The translations under genes were made by a program, and so were the position numbers. Shown in pieces: positions 30,101 to 42,258 of a stretch of 64,000 nt of DNA. The stretch is from Gammaproteobacteria bacterium. GTDB taxonomy: Bacteria; Pseudomonadota; Gammaproteobacteria; Eutrophobiales; Eutrophobiaceae. The notes below the pieces were generated by a model, which was given only the letters and a program-made list of their open reading frames with translations, had not been told where the DNA came from and made no database searches. The DNA lies in NCBI GenBank assembly GCA_965238225.1, contig OZ250183.1:1568001-1632000 (forward strand). The letters are read 5' to 3'. The stretch's first letter is position 1. The number at the start of each line of letters is the position of its first letter.

Positions 30101-30806
30101 AAATGAAAATATGATCTTGTTTGGTACTGGCAAATTTATTGAAATCAACGATGCCAATGCACCGACATATCCAGACACTTATCAACTACAGACTTTTTAT
30201 GGGATTATCGATAAAGGTGCTCAGGTAGACAGTCGAAATACAACGAATGACCTGCAACAACAAACCATCACCTATCAGGATACAGGCTCAGGTGTGCGTA
30301 CGGTTTCTAAAGAAACTGTCACTGGTGCTGAGACAGGTTGGTATCTGGACTTACGCAATCCTAATCTTGAAACTGGTGTTAATGGCGGTGAGCGTGTTAT
30401 CGCTAATTCTATGCTAAATAAGGGTAAGATTATTATACCTACTTTTTCCAACACAGTTATAGGTGATTCATGTTTAATAACTAAGATAACTAGCGGATAT
30501 ATTACGGTCGTCAGTGCGCTAAACGGTGCCAGCTCTGAAAAGGCTGTATTTGATACTAATGATGATGGTATTGTTGAGAGTCAAGATTTAATCGATACCG
30601 ATGGTGATGGCATTGGAGACAGTGTAGCAGCAGGCATCGGGGCAGGCATCGGGGCAGGGCAGGCAACACTTGTTGACAGTGATAATGACAGTAATAGTAG
30701 GCTGCTTTCTATTTGCGGTGATACACTATGCAGCGAGCTAATTAACACCGGTGCTACTGCAGACAACCTCTCTGGCGGTCGTCAATCTTGGCATCAAGTA
30801 GAATAA
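27150..30806 (+). CDS. pilY1: Type IV pilus tip adhesin PilY1/PilC, copy 2
   Basis: Same architecture; MIDAS DDSASM; core nearly identical to copy 1. Confidence 0.93.
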   Translation: MDIIKKLIFKKLMTKTITKTITKKPISCFISAMLVCLVGASQASYAESLNLATTTPLAISVPQGVQSNILLALDDSASMKTTHINQPKKFDYMFEGWYYKIRDHLSSQTDTIEERLLEKKIVDWDDLQIAVDMSSTRSDPILFRRCVGFNPLAYDPNVIYAPWAGYTNASITAAPKNDPEDTTTRIDLTETKTGYYGHGYIPWDDKDGDGKFSHDQDVQLDHGTGECAHGRKELAAYPQEYWPVTVDDSKYVEFNDMTAEQKQNYANWFSYHRKPLHAMKHTVSHVIANSNARMGLATMNDNAADVGTPVSNMAVKANKDALLAALFKITAEASTPTRNFMNTVGQYFDQAGNNSDHDTLGFSDASPINSQAEGGECQKNFAVLFTDGAYNGTYLDEWNDYDGDNSSDYDGGPHAGLHTSTLADIAMRYYETDLSTTLDNEVTTSTYTDPSTNITYTDDNPQQHLNTYIVTFGVGGAEITLPIDHLKTTSPPAGGWPLPSLASDIRIDMQHAAFNGRGLSFFSSTPQQLTEAFEATFTSIEQRGNLSSTAVAINSGNLNVRSHAYTALYSSADWTGKLSAYAFDENSDVIDTAVWEASEQLPVHTNRKIFTMTNDTSTGVEFKPNADTTADTSTVETAIGTLNVGGTDYTAADIINYIRGDKSLETSPGLRVRTSLLGDIINASPISQSTENFANGYLSGTEGSSYSNFVATKYATFGNKNVIYVGSNDGMLHAFEDDSISASANGEELFAYVPSSVHGKLKHLADPNYNHRFYVNGGISIADVYINDAWKTILVATLGEGGRTIFALDISNPFSFEANDVLWEYSYDDDALANRTNADELGFVLHKPQIARLNNGQWGVIFGNGYNSQSGQSKTFILNAATGNEIAVLDSEFGDTATVEELNGMAMPFLADDDSNITVDTLYAGDLQGNLWKFDISSDDKTAWQSAFSTGGSPAPLFVAYDGDSTTAKRQPITTRPTVAVNKKNENMILFGTGKFIEINDANAPTYPDTYQLQTFYGIIDKGAQVDSRNTTNDLQQQTITYQDTGSGVRTVSKETVTGAETGWYLDLRNPNLETGVNGGERVIANSMLNKGKIIIPTFSNTVIGDSCLITKITSGYITVVSALNGASSEKAVFDTNDDGIVESQDLIDTDGDGIGDSVAAGIGAGIGAGQATLVDSDNDSNSRLLSICGDTLCSELINTGATADNLSGGRQSWHQVE

Positions 30807-30894
30807 AACTTAAGACCACACAATCGCTCTGCCATAGGCTTAATGATGTGATTACCCCCTCCTTATGAAGGTCTGGTGAAGGATAGGATAATAA

Positions 30895-31167
30895 AAAGCC
30901 AGTATAAAATCACCAATATAAAATCAAGCGAAGGCACTCTCACAGTGCAAGCACAGATATTTCATAGAAACAAAATATACTACGCTACCACCTTACTATG
31001 TGGCTTAAGCATAGAGGAGTTAAGTACGTCTTAGCGGACTTGGGCTTAGACCACAATATGAAAATCCAAATGCTTGGTAGAAATAGATATTATATAAATA
31101 ATAAAGTATAGAAATAAATCGAGTGTTGCAGGTAAGAAATGTGTGTATGTTAAAGTTAGTAAAAAAA
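30895..31167. repeat. Intergenic repeat after pilY1-2
   Basis: Direct copy of 26791-27086 with small deletions. Confidence 0.9.
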
Positions 31168-31265
31168 TAAGGCAATTAAATGCAGGGAAATATCTTAGGC
31201 AAATATCTTAATCTACACTGCCTTTAATGTTTATAAGGGGGTGATTTCTTGTAATATTTCTTTGA

Positions 31266-31739
31266 TTAATTACACCATTTTTCGATTTTTTCTTGAGCAT
31301 CTTTAATTCTACGCTGTCTTTCTTCTTCTGTAGCACGAGTCACATTACCTTCTGCATCAACGGATCTAATACGCGCAGCGTTATTAATATTCTCGTACTT
31401 AGCCTTTGCTTTTTCACAATTTTCCTTCTTCAACTCAAGGAATTTTTCTTGCTTCATTCGTTTTTTATTTTTTTTCTCTCTATCCTTAAGAAATTCTTGT
31501 TGTTGTTGCTGCTGCTGTTCAAAGAACTTGATAGCCTCACTGGTATCAATATTAACTGAAGCAGGTAATTTGACATCCTCTGTTTCAGAACCATCTGTAG
31601 GTTCTAGCTGTGTGTATTGGATAATACCGCTATCATCAATCCATTTATATAACTTAGCATGCGATACGGGAAGAATTCCCAATAAAAAAATAAAGCTAAA
31701 TATCACTACGCATTTATTTAAGGATTTATTTTTTTGCAT
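31266..31739 (-). CDS. DUF4124 domain secreted protein
   Basis: Signal peptide, LYKWIDDSG...Y..P, coiled coil, C...C terminus. Confidence 0.85.
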   Translation of the reverse strand: MQKNKSLNKCVVIFSFIFLLGILPVSHAKLYKWIDDSGIIQYTQLEPTDGSETEDVKLPASVNIDTSEAIKFFEQQQQQQQEFLKDREKKNKKRMKQEKFLELKKENCEKAKAKYENINNAARIRSVDAEGNVTRATEEERQRRIKDAQEKIEKWCN

Positions 31740-31965
31740 AACAAGATTCGCCTGAGTTTAAAAACTCTTCTCTAGATAAACATATAACTTAAAGAGGCTG
31801 TATTGTAGCCTATTGATGTCAAATAGGTCTATATTTTAAGAAAAAACTAATCTTCTTCAAGAAAATACTTCAAGCAAATAAATAATCAATACTTTATTGA
31901 AGATGCTGCAAAAAGTACTTTAGCCTGCAAATTTTAAAGAATTGATAATATCCAGAAAATTAGCT

Positions 31966-32946
31966 TCAAGTGTAGTTTTTCGAGTGATCTATATTTATGC
32001 GTGTTTGGTTTTGATAGAGTTCTCTGGGCAAAGAAAATATGACTTGCTCAATTTCTCCAGGAGCTTCTTCAACTATTCCAGCACCCCATTCTTTTAATTG
32101 ATCAACCACCGCCTTTACCAACACTTCCGGTGCAGAAGCACCAGCAGTCACACCAATACATTGTATACCGTCCAGCCATTCTTTTTTAATAACGGAGGCA
32201 TTGTCTATCAGGTAAGAGGGCACCCCTACTTTTTCTGATATCTCCATCAAACGTGTTGAATTGGAGCTATTGGTTGAACCAACAACCAAAATCAAATCAC
32301 ACTGTGCGCTTAACTTTTTTACTGCATCCTGTCTATTTTGCGTGGCGTAACAAATATCTTCTTTTTTTGGTCCGGAAATATTTGGAAAACGCTCACGTAA
32401 GGCATCGATCACTTCTGTAGTATCATCCATGGATAATGTTGTCTGTGTAACAAAGGCTAGAAAATCAGAGTTCTCAACTTCTAGACTCCAAACATCTTCC
32501 ACAGATTCAACCAAATACATTCCACCTTCATTGTCTTTATGCTGATATTGCCCCAACGTCCCTTCAACTTCCGGATGACCCTCATGGCCAATCAATATAC
32601 ATTCCATGCCCTTCTCCTGATAATGCCCTACTTCCATATGGACTTTTGTCACTAATGGGCAAATTGCATCATAAACTTTTAGCTTTCTACGCGCCGCTTC
32701 TTCACGAATCAACTTAGCTACACCATGCGCGCTGAAAATCACGGTAGCATTATCAGGGACTTCATCCAACTCCTCAACAAAAACTGCTCCCTTTATGCGC
32801 AGTCTATCCACGACATATTTGTTATGAACAACTTCGTGTCTCACATAGATAGGTGAACCAAATAACTCCAATGCTCTTTCGACAATTTCGATCGCACGGT
32901 CTACACCAGCACAAAATCCTCGTGGGTTAGCCATTATTATTTTCAT
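31966..32946 (-). CDS. ispH: 4-hydroxy-3-methylbut-2-enyl diphosphate reductase
   Basis: [34 protein letters not shown]. Confidence 0.98.
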   Translation of the reverse strand: MKIIMANPRGFCAGVDRAIEIVERALELFGSPIYVRHEVVHNKYVVDRLRIKGAVFVEELDEVPDNATVIFSAHGVAKLIREEAARRKLKVYDAICPLVTKVHMEVGHYQEKGMECILIGHEGHPEVEGTLGQYQHKDNEGGMYLVESVEDVWSLEVENSDFLAFVTQTTLSMDDTTEVIDALRERFPNISGPKKEDICYATQNRQDAVKKLSAQCDLILVVGSTNSSNSTRLMEISEKVGVPSYLIDNASVIKKEWLDGIQCIGVTAGASAPEVLVKAVVDQLKEWGAGIVEEAPGEIEQVIFSLPRELYQNQTRINIDHSKNYT

Positions 32947-33298
32947 TGAATGTATCCTAAAATTTATTGCTGCAAGTCATTGTTAAAGACAACCTGTGTT
33001 GCTTTTTGATATGTATCAATGAATCTGAACATCTGCCATTATAAGTTAAGGGTTTTATGCGGGCTATCCTTAAAGTTATCTAAAACCATTTTAGAGTCGC
33101 CTTAAGAGAAAAAAGCCCGAAACGAGAGAAACCAATTTCGCCAGTGCATTTTGATACATAACAATAACTTAGTCTATATCTTGATCTGTATATAAAACTA
33201 TATCGCACATTTATACCACAATATTGCCTATTTTTATACAAAACGCTATTCCGAACGGCTTTCAATTGATTATGAAAGTTATCATTGATATCTAGATA

Positions 33299-33811
33299 TT
33301 ATTCAGTCTTATCACTAAACAAAAGCACATTAATCACCAGCATTACGGTGCCAATACTAATAGCAGAATCAGCAATATTAAATGCTGGCCATGGATTAAA
33401 TATTCTCCAAGGCAAGAAACTCAGCGAGATATCAATAAAATCGACAACATAGCCTAAAATAATACGATCCCAAAGGTTCCCTAGTGCACCGCCAAGAATA
33501 AGTGCTAATGCGCAGGCTATCCATCGTTGATTGGCTTTTAAGCTGTAAAGCCATGTCACTATAAATGTACTAACAACAAGTGTTAGGAAAATAAAAAAAT
33601 ATCTTTGCCAGCCAGAAGCGTTTGCTAAAATACTAAACGCAGCGCCTGTGTTATGCGTTAATGTTAGATTAAAACTTGGAATAACATAAACAGGGTTATG
33701 CATCTGTAAATTCTGGCTTGCAAAATTCTTTGTCCATAGATCGAAAATGAAAATCAGAGCTGTAAGCAATAACCATTTCAAATTTTTTAATCTGACGGGG
33801 AAATTAGCCAT
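33299..33811 (-). CDS. lspA: Lipoprotein signal peptidase II
   Basis: NTGAAFS, GALGNLWDR, VVDFI, FNIADSAI. Confidence 0.97.
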   Translation of the reverse strand: MANFPVRLKNLKWLLLTALIFIFDLWTKNFASQNLQMHNPVYVIPSFNLTLTHNTGAAFSILANASGWQRYFFIFLTLVVSTFIVTWLYSLKANQRWIACALALILGGALGNLWDRIILGYVVDFIDISLSFLPWRIFNPWPAFNIADSAISIGTVMLVINVLLFSDKTE

Positions 33812-33852
33812 CGCTATTAATCATAAAAGAATCAATCATCGCAAAAATATTT

Positions 33853-36654
33853 TTAGGCGTAACACCTTGACTCACCTTCTGCACAGATATTCTTGATACA
33901 ACGACTGCATAGCTCTGGGTGTTTGTTATGATCTCCGACATCTTTACGATGATGCCAACAACGTATACATTTTTTATCCGATGATTTAGAGATATGAATT
34001 TTAATTCCTTTAATCTCTGTCTCGACTACAGCTTGGTCAACTTCTGCTGCCGCATGTAAGGTCGCAGACGAGACAATAAAAATAAAGCGCAATTCATCTT
34101 CTATGTTTTTTAATAATAGTAATTCTTTTTCATCACAGTAAAGTTTCACCTCAGCATCAAGTGCAGAACCAATAGATCCTACAATACGCAATTTTTCTAA
34201 TTCCTTGCTAACTGTATCTCTGATATTTATTACCTGCTGCCAAAAATAACCGCGTGCCTGTGCACCTGTTTTTTCAGGAAAATTTGCATACCAAGTCTCA
34301 AGAAAAACAGACTCTCCTCTTTTATCTGGAAGATATTGCCATAGTTCTTCGGCGGTAAAGCTTAGTACCGGCGCTATCCATCGAACAAAAGCTTCAGTAA
34401 TATGGTACATAGCGGTTTGTGCGGAACGACGTCCCAAACTATCTGCCTGCATGGTATACATACGATCTTTCGTTACATCCATGTAAAAGCCACTCATTTC
34501 TATCCCACAGAATTTCTGTAGCTTCTGAAAGATTTTATGAAACTGGTAACTCTTATATGCGGATTGAATATCTTCTTGCAAAAATATCGCTTGATCTATT
34601 GCCCATTTGTCCAGATCGAGCATCTCATCATAAGCAATACAATCAGTCCTAGGATTAAAATCATGAAGGTTAGATATTAAATAACGTGCTGTATTTCTTA
34701 TCTTGCGATAGGCATCGGCCATGCGTTTAAGGATTTCATCCGAGACATACATTTCATTACGGTAATCTGTTGCTGCTACCCATAAACGTAAAATATCAGC
34801 ACCTAGAGAATTCATAATTTTTTGTGGCACGACGACATTGCCTTTAGACTTGGACATCTTCTTACCCTGTGCGTCAACCGTGAAACCATGCGTCAATACA
34901 CTTCTATAGGGCGCAACATTATTCATAGCGATTGATGTCAGTAGAGAAGATTGAAACCAGCCGCGATGTTGATCCGATCCTTCAAGATATAAATCAGCCG
35001 GAAAGCTTAATCGCTCATCTGCTCCTAGTACACTTGCATGCGTCACGCCTGAATCGAACCAGACATCTAATATATCGGTTATTTTTTCATAATCTCTGGC
35101 TTCATCACCCAGAAGTTCATTGATATCTAGATCAAACCATGCATCAATGCCATTTTTTTCTACACGAACAGCAACTTCCTCAATCAGTTTTTGTGATTTT
35201 GGATGCAACTCACCTGATTGCATGTGCGCAAATACTGCAATAGGCACTCCCCAAGTTCTTTGGCGAGAAATACACCAGTCAGGTCTACCACGCACCATAT
35301 CGTCGATGCGTTGTTTGCCCCAATCAGGCATCCATTCAACATGGTCAATTTCTTCCAAAGCTTTTTTACGCAATCCATTATCATCCATACTAATAAACCA
35401 CTGTGGTGTTGCTCGAAAAATAATCGGTGTTTTGTGACGCCAACAATGTGGATAACTATGTTTTATCTCTTCATAGTGCAACAGTGCCTGTTTTTCTTTT
35501 AAAACTTCTATGACATGCGTGTTAGCCTTGAAGACATGTTCACCGGAAAATATTTCAGTCTCAGGTAAAAAACAACCATTACTGCCAACAAGATTATCCA
35601 CTGGCAAGTTATATTTCATTCCAACAATATAATCATCATGACCATGACCTGGAGCGGTATGTACTGCACCTGTCCCTGCCTCCAAAGTAACATGATCACC
35701 GAGAATGATAGGCACTTCACGGTTATAGAATGGATGTTTGAGCTTTAACCCTTCCAACGCAGCACCATTTAATGTTTTAAGAATTTGATAATCTTCAATC
35801 CCTGATCGCTGCAACACAGATTCGTGCAACTCTTTTGCTAACAATAATCGTTGCGAAACATTTTCTGTCTGACACAAAACGATCACATACTCAAAATCCG
35901 AGCGTACGCTAACAGCCTGATTAGTAGGTAAAGTCCATGGTGTAGTAGTCCAGATAACGATTGATGTGTCGTCTAGAATTTTATCGTCAACCGCTCCCTC
36001 GCGCATTAAAGGAAACAAAACATCAATGGCAGGAGAAGATTTATCTTGATACTCAACTTCTGCCTCTGCCAAAGCAGAAGCACAATCAATACACCAATGC
36101 ACAGGTTTAGAACCTTTATGCAAATGACCCGCATCAATAATCTTTCCCAAGGCACGAATAATGTTTGCCTCAGTTTTAAAATCCATTGTCAGATAAGGAT
36201 TTTTCCAATCACCCAGAATACCTAGACGCTGAAAATCAACGCACTGTTTTTCGGTTTGTTTTGCTGCATAATCACGACATGCATTACGGAACGTATGCGC
36301 ATCAACTTTATGCCCAGTTCTACCGATCTTTTTTTCTACCATTAATTCAATAGGCAAACCATGACAATCCCATCCCGGAATATAAGGTGCATCGTAATCA
36401 CTTAAGCTATATGATTTAATAATAATATCTTTCAAAATTTTATTGACTGCATGACCAATATGAATATCGCCATTGGCGTAAGGTGGACCATCATGCAAAA
36501 TAAAAGAGTTCTTACCAGACCGTCTAGCTCTTAACTGACCATAAAGATCCATCTCCTGCCATTTTTTTAATATCTCAGGCTCGCGATTTGATAAATTTCC
36601 CCGCATAGGAAAATCTGTTTTCGGAAGGTTTAATGTATTCTTGTAATCAGGCAT
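33853..36654 (-). CDS. ileS: Isoleucine--tRNA ligase
   Basis: GPPYANG-HIGH, KMSKS, C-terminal Zn finger CxRC...CxRC. Confidence 0.98.
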   Translation of the reverse strand: MPDYKNTLNLPKTDFPMRGNLSNREPEILKKWQEMDLYGQLRARRSGKNSFILHDGPPYANGDIHIGHAVNKILKDIIIKSYSLSDYDAPYIPGWDCHGLPIELMVEKKIGRTGHKVDAHTFRNACRDYAAKQTEKQCVDFQRLGILGDWKNPYLTMDFKTEANIIRALGKIIDAGHLHKGSKPVHWCIDCASALAEAEVEYQDKSSPAIDVLFPLMREGAVDDKILDDTSIVIWTTTPWTLPTNQAVSVRSDFEYVIVLCQTENVSQRLLLAKELHESVLQRSGIEDYQILKTLNGAALEGLKLKHPFYNREVPIILGDHVTLEAGTGAVHTAPGHGHDDYIVGMKYNLPVDNLVGSNGCFLPETEIFSGEHVFKANTHVIEVLKEKQALLHYEEIKHSYPHCWRHKTPIIFRATPQWFISMDDNGLRKKALEEIDHVEWMPDWGKQRIDDMVRGRPDWCISRQRTWGVPIAVFAHMQSGELHPKSQKLIEEVAVRVEKNGIDAWFDLDINELLGDEARDYEKITDILDVWFDSGVTHASVLGADERLSFPADLYLEGSDQHRGWFQSSLLTSIAMNNVAPYRSVLTHGFTVDAQGKKMSKSKGNVVVPQKIMNSLGADILRLWVAATDYRNEMYVSDEILKRMADAYRKIRNTARYLISNLHDFNPRTDCIAYDEMLDLDKWAIDQAIFLQEDIQSAYKSYQFHKIFQKLQKFCGIEMSGFYMDVTKDRMYTMQADSLGRRSAQTAMYHITEAFVRWIAPVLSFTAEELWQYLPDKRGESVFLETWYANFPEKTGAQARGYFWQQVINIRDTVSKELEKLRIVGSIGSALDAEVKLYCDEKELLLLKNIEDELRFIFIVSSATLHAAAEVDQAVVETEIKGIKIHISKSSDKKCIRCWHHRKDVGDHNKHPELCSRCIKNICAEGESRCYA

Positions 36655-36807
36655 TTATTTTTAACTATTGATTCCTGTCTGGTTTTCTTGTTCTTGTGCC
36701 ATAAATTATTGAATCAAACATGCTAAAGGAAAAATGCCGGATAGGAAAGTATAGGGATGTACGATTATTATTCAATCTATACCTAGGTAGGTTTATCAAT
36801 GTCGGCA

Positions 36808-37737
36808 TTATTTTTTGGAGAAATATTCCCGTGCATTTTGAATATCAATTTCGATGGCTTTTTTAAGCGCATCAATATCTGAATATTTTTCCTCATGCCT
36901 AAGTTTCTGTAGAAATTCCACGCGAATATGTTTTGTGTAAAGGTCTTCATTAAAATCTAGAATGTGTGTCTCCATACACATATCTTCTCCGTCAAATATG
37001 GGTCGCGTACCAATACTGGTCACAGCAGGATAATTTTTATCATTGATTCCATGGACACGGGTGATATAAATCCCAGCTACTGGACTACGCAGTCTATGTA
37101 ACTCCATATTCGCGGTTGGAAATCCAAGACCTGTGCCTCGTTTATTACCGTGAACCACTCGACCGCTGATTATATAATTTCTACCCAATAACTGACTGAC
37201 TAATTTTAGATCATCATCTGCAAGCGCCTGTCTCAATCTTGTGCTACTAATCCGTTGTCCCGCAAACAAACAGGTATTAGTATAATCCAGTTCGTAGCTG
37301 AACTCATTGGTCATCTTCTTTAACATTGAATAATCACCTTGCCGATTTTTGCCGAAACGAAAATCATCGCCCACTACGAGATGTCGTATATTCAGACTGT
37401 CAATTAAAATCTGCTCAACAAACTCTTTCGCAACAAGATTAAACAATTTTTTGTCAAACCTAAGGATAACTAAACGATCGATATCTAATTGATTGAAACC
37501 TTCAATCTTTTCTCTGAGGCGAGTTAATCTTGCAGGGGCATTATCTGGTGAAAAATATTCCTGCGGTTGCGGCTCAAAAATAACAATAGCCGTAGGCAGA
37601 TCATATTTATTTGAAACTTCTTTAAGCTGCAAAATAATCTCCTGATGTCCTAAATGTAAACCATCAAAATTGCCAATGCTTGCGACACATTTTTTGTGGT
37701 GTTTCTTAAGGTTATTAAGGCTGCGTATCAATTCCAT
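36808..37737 (-). CDS. ribF: Bifunctional riboflavin kinase/FAD synthetase
   Basis: IGNFDGLHLGH, GDDFRFG, ISST, GFPTAN. Confidence 0.97.
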   Translation of the reverse strand: MELIRSLNNLKKHHKKCVASIGNFDGLHLGHQEIILQLKEVSNKYDLPTAIVIFEPQPQEYFSPDNAPARLTRLREKIEGFNQLDIDRLVILRFDKKLFNLVAKEFVEQILIDSLNIRHLVVGDDFRFGKNRQGDYSMLKKMTNEFSYELDYTNTCLFAGQRISSTRLRQALADDDLKLVSQLLGRNYIISGRVVHGNKRGTGLGFPTANMELHRLRSPVAGIYITRVHGINDKNYPAVTSIGTRPIFDGEDMCMETHILDFNEDLYTKHIRVEFLQKLRHEEKYSDIDALKKAIEIDIQNAREYFSKK

Positions 37738-37767
37738 AGATCGTTTATTTAATTAGCTTTGCTCTCA

Positions 37768-39318
37768 CTAAAGATTCATATCATGTTTGCGTAAGCCAAT
37801 TAACCATAATGCAGAAAAATAACTGCCTGTACCAAGAATGATATATAGCGTCAATCGTAGTACACGCGTCCAAACATCCCACTGCAACCAAAACATTTTG
37901 CTTGGTGTTAGAAAATACAACAAAATACTCATGACACCCACAGCAAATATGATCCGCAAAATAAATATACTCCAACCATTTTCTGGTAAAAATACTTTGC
38001 CTTTACGTAAAAAATAATAAAGTAATCCTGCGTTAATAAATGCAGAAATCGAAGTTGCTAGCGCTAGCCCTGCGTGGGCAAGCGGACCAATCAATATAAG
38101 ATTTAAAATAATATTAGAAAACATGGCAAGCACTGCTATCTTAACCGGCATTTTGGTGTCTTGGCGCGAAAAATAAGCACTTGCCAGCACCTTAATCAGG
38201 ATAAACCCAGGCAAGCCAATCGCATAAGCCAGCAAACTCTCTCTGGATCTACTCACAAAATATGGACTGAACTCACCATACTGAAACAAGGTGGTCAATA
38301 TTGGATCTGCGAGCAACATTAGACCAAAAGTGGCTGGAATACTAATAATAAATACCCAGCGTAAGGCCCAGTCAAGAAGACGCGTGAACTTTTCGGTGGC
38401 TTTTTGAGCGTGCCTTTCTGATAGTTTTGGCAAAATGACCGTAGCCAAAGCAACGCCAAATACACCCAATGGGAATTCCATTAATCTATCAGAATAATAC
38501 AGCCAGGAGATACTGCCACTCACTAGAAATGATGCCATGAACATGTCTACAATCAGATTAATTTGTGAAACAGAAACTGCAAATAATGTCGGGATCATTA
38601 GTTTGATAATGTGACTTACACCTTCATGATCTTTTTTAAGTCTTGGTCTAGGTAATCGCTTCAGGCGCAAAAGAAATGGTACTTGAAAAAAAAGCTGAGC
38701 ATTACCCGCAATCAATACTCCCCAGGCAAGTGCTGTAATTTGTAGCCCCACTTCCAACATCGGTGCTAACCAGATAGCACAGACAATCAAAGAGATATTC
38801 AGAAGAACTGGAGTAAAGGCCGGGACAGCAAAGCGTCCGTAAGCGTTAAGTATGCCGCCTGCAAATGCAGTTAAAGAAATAAATAATATGTAGGGAAAGG
38901 TGATTCTAAGCATGTATACGGATAATTCAATTTTATTGGCATCGCCAGAAAAACCCGCTGCAAAGATCATTATGAGCAAAGGCGCAGCGATTACTCCAAT
39001 AACTGTTACACCAAACAACACTAGACCAAGCCTACCACTTACATGATCCAACAGATCTTGCACATCGGATTCGCGCCGTTTATTTTTATATTCTGTAAGC
39101 ACAGGCACAAAGGCCTGTGAAAAAGCACCTTCTGCAAATAACCTTCGCAGGTAATTTGGAATCTTGAAGGCCACAAAAAAAGCATCTGATTCCAAGCCAG
39201 CCCCAAAAATGCGGGCGATCACAATATCTCTAAGTAAACCAAATACCCGAGATAAAGTTGTCATAAAGCTGACAATAAATGTGGATTTAAGTAATCGTTT
39301 TGACAAGTTAGACGGCAA
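37768..39318 (-). CDS. murJ: Lipid II flippase MurJ
   Basis: SRVFGLLRD, RRLFAEGAFSQAFVP, DRLMEFPLG. Confidence 0.97.
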   Translation of the reverse strand: MPSNLSKRLLKSTFIVSFMTTLSRVFGLLRDIVIARIFGAGLESDAFFVAFKIPNYLRRLFAEGAFSQAFVPVLTEYKNKRRESDVQDLLDHVSGRLGLVLFGVTVIGVIAAPLLIMIFAAGFSGDANKIELSVYMLRITFPYILFISLTAFAGGILNAYGRFAVPAFTPVLLNISLIVCAIWLAPMLEVGLQITALAWGVLIAGNAQLFFQVPFLLRLKRLPRPRLKKDHEGVSHIIKLMIPTLFAVSVSQINLIVDMFMASFLVSGSISWLYYSDRLMEFPLGVFGVALATVILPKLSERHAQKATEKFTRLLDWALRWVFIISIPATFGLMLLADPILTTLFQYGEFSPYFVSRSRESLLAYAIGLPGFILIKVLASAYFSRQDTKMPVKIAVLAMFSNIILNLILIGPLAHAGLALATSISAFINAGLLYYFLRKGKVFLPENGWSIFILRIIFAVGVMSILLYFLTPSKMFWLQWDVWTRVLRLTLYIILGTGSYFSALWLIGLRKHDMNL

Positions 39319-39508
39319 CCAAATTTTGAATATTTAATATAATCTAGCTATGTATAAGCTATCCATTTGTTTATTATAATATTTATTCTATAAACATAAG
39401 AATAACATATCGTAGGATCAAAGGATTGACAAATAAGAGTAGGGTAAGCATAGTTACGCGCCTCAAATAAGACATAATTTTTAGAAATTAATCAGGAGTG
39501 TAACTATA

Positions 39509-39769
39509 TTGGCTAATATTGCCTCAGCAAAAAAACGTGTGCGCCAAAACGAAGCTCGCCGTAAACACAAAGCAGGTCAACACTCTTTGCTTAGAACCTC
39601 TATAAAAAAAGTTGATACGGCCATCAAAAACAAAAATAAGGCAGAAGCAAAAAGTGCATATCAAGCGGCAGTCCCTATCATTGACAGTATGGCAAATAAA
39701 GGTTTAATTCATAAGAATAAGGCAGCTCGCCATAAGAGTCGCTTGAATGCTTGCGTTCGCGCACTTTAA
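39509..39769 (+). CDS. rpsT: 30S ribosomal protein S20
   Basis: MANIASAKKR...IHKNKAARHKSRL. Confidence 0.98.
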   Translation: MANIASAKKRVRQNEARRKHKAGQHSLLRTSIKKVDTAIKNKNKAEAKSAYQAAVPIIDSMANKGLIHKNKAARHKSRLNACVRAL

Positions 39770-39831
39770 ACTCTAACAACTTATTAGTACATTTATGCTT
39801 ATCGGATTCTGATAAGACTCTACAGTAGAAT

Positions 39832-40956
39832 TCATAACAAAATTAAATCATCGCGATGAATTAATTCTTCTGAATCCACATAACCTAACAGGCTTTCAAT
39901 TTTATCGCTGCTTTGACCCATGATTTTACGTGTCTCTACGGCATCATAGTTTATTAGACCCCGTGCTATCTCTTGACCCTGAGGATCAACGCAAGAGACA
40001 ATTTCACCGCGCTTAAAATTTCCGGAAATACAAACGACACCAACAGCAAGTAAACTTTTCCCTTGCTGGGATAATACGCGGGCTGCGCCCTCATCAATAT
40101 TTAAAATACCATTGGTTTGTGACTGACCAGCCAACCATTGTTTACGTGCAGTAAATACCTCCTGATTGCTGCTTAATAAAGTGCCACAATTATCACCTTG
40201 AGCAATTTTTTTAAGAATATCTTTAGCAAACCCCGAAGCAATCACAGTGCTAGCGCCCGACTTCGCAGCCATCGATGCTGCTTTTAATTTTGTCAGCATA
40301 CCGCCCCTGCCAAGCGCACCGCCCTCTTCTGCGTATTTTTCCAGTGATGTATCGCAGGCTTCGGCTTCGTTGATCATTTTTGCCTGTGGATTTTTATGAG
40401 GGTCTGCTTCATAAAGCCCCTCTTTGTCTGTCAGCAAAACCAGTAAATCTGCATCAACCAAGTGTGTTATTAAACTAGCTAACGTGTCATTATCGCCAAA
40501 GCGAAGCTCATCAGTTGAAACTGTATCATTCTCGTTCACGATTGGAACCACATCGAGCTTTAACAGAGTCCGCAATGTGCTTCTTACATTGAGATAGCGC
40601 TCACGGTTTGACATAACTTCATGGCTTAGCAATATCTGTGCAGTCTGGATTTGATGGTTTTGAAAACAGGATTCCCACGCCCTAATCAGCCCCGCTTGTC
40701 CAACTGCTGCTGCTGCTTGCAAATCGTGTATCGCATGAGGTCTCTTTTTCCAGCCAAGGCGGGTCATACCTTCCGCTATCGCACCTGATGAAACTATAAC
40801 AATCTCGTGGCCTTTTTGTCTTAACTCATGTATCTGTTTGCCCCAAGCGTTTAGAGAATCAACGCGCAAGCCACAGCCTTCATTGGCCAGTAATGCACTG
40901 CCCAACTTAACCACCCATCGGTTTGTCTTTGTTAATTTTTTTCGTAACTCACTCAT
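39832..40956 (-). CDS. proB: Glutamate 5-kinase
   Basis: VVKLGS, VSSGAI, NENDTV, FGDND, PUA domain. Confidence 0.97.
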   Translation of the reverse strand: MSELRKKLTKTNRWVVKLGSALLANEGCGLRVDSLNAWGKQIHELRQKGHEIVIVSSGAIAEGMTRLGWKKRPHAIHDLQAAAAVGQAGLIRAWESCFQNHQIQTAQILLSHEVMSNRERYLNVRSTLRTLLKLDVVPIVNENDTVSTDELRFGDNDTLASLITHLVDADLLVLLTDKEGLYEADPHKNPQAKMINEAEACDTSLEKYAEEGGALGRGGMLTKLKAASMAAKSGASTVIASGFAKDILKKIAQGDNCGTLLSSNQEVFTARKQWLAGQSQTNGILNIDEGAARVLSQQGKSLLAVGVVCISGNFKRGEIVSCVDPQGQEIARGLINYDAVETRKIMGQSSDKIESLLGYVDSEELIHRDDLILL

Positions 40957-40997
40957 TCGGTACAGCCTTCGATAAAAATTTCTACCATCAATCTCTT

Positions 40998-42128
<1,131 letters not shown>

Positions 42129-42203
42129 TTATGCTGCCTGCGACAACCCGCACATCTTATATACATACATCTTGCATACCTATATTAAAAAAAATTCACA
42201 CAA

Positions 42204-42235
42204 TTTAAAAACCCCGCAAATGCGGGGTTTTTAAA
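42204..42235. terminator. Rho-independent terminator after rpmA
   Basis: tttaaaaaccccgca-aa-tgcggggtttttaaa perfect hairpin with A/T tails. Confidence 0.88.
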
Positions 42236-42258
42236 GGATGCATTATCTTGCTTTTCGT

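Noticed and set aside
23113-30806. Diversity-generating retroelement or shufflon acting on pilY1 (or on the GH16 tail)
   Set aside because: No reverse transcriptase or recombinase in the window; differences are block replacements with indels, not adenine-specific changes; no inverted crossover sites seen
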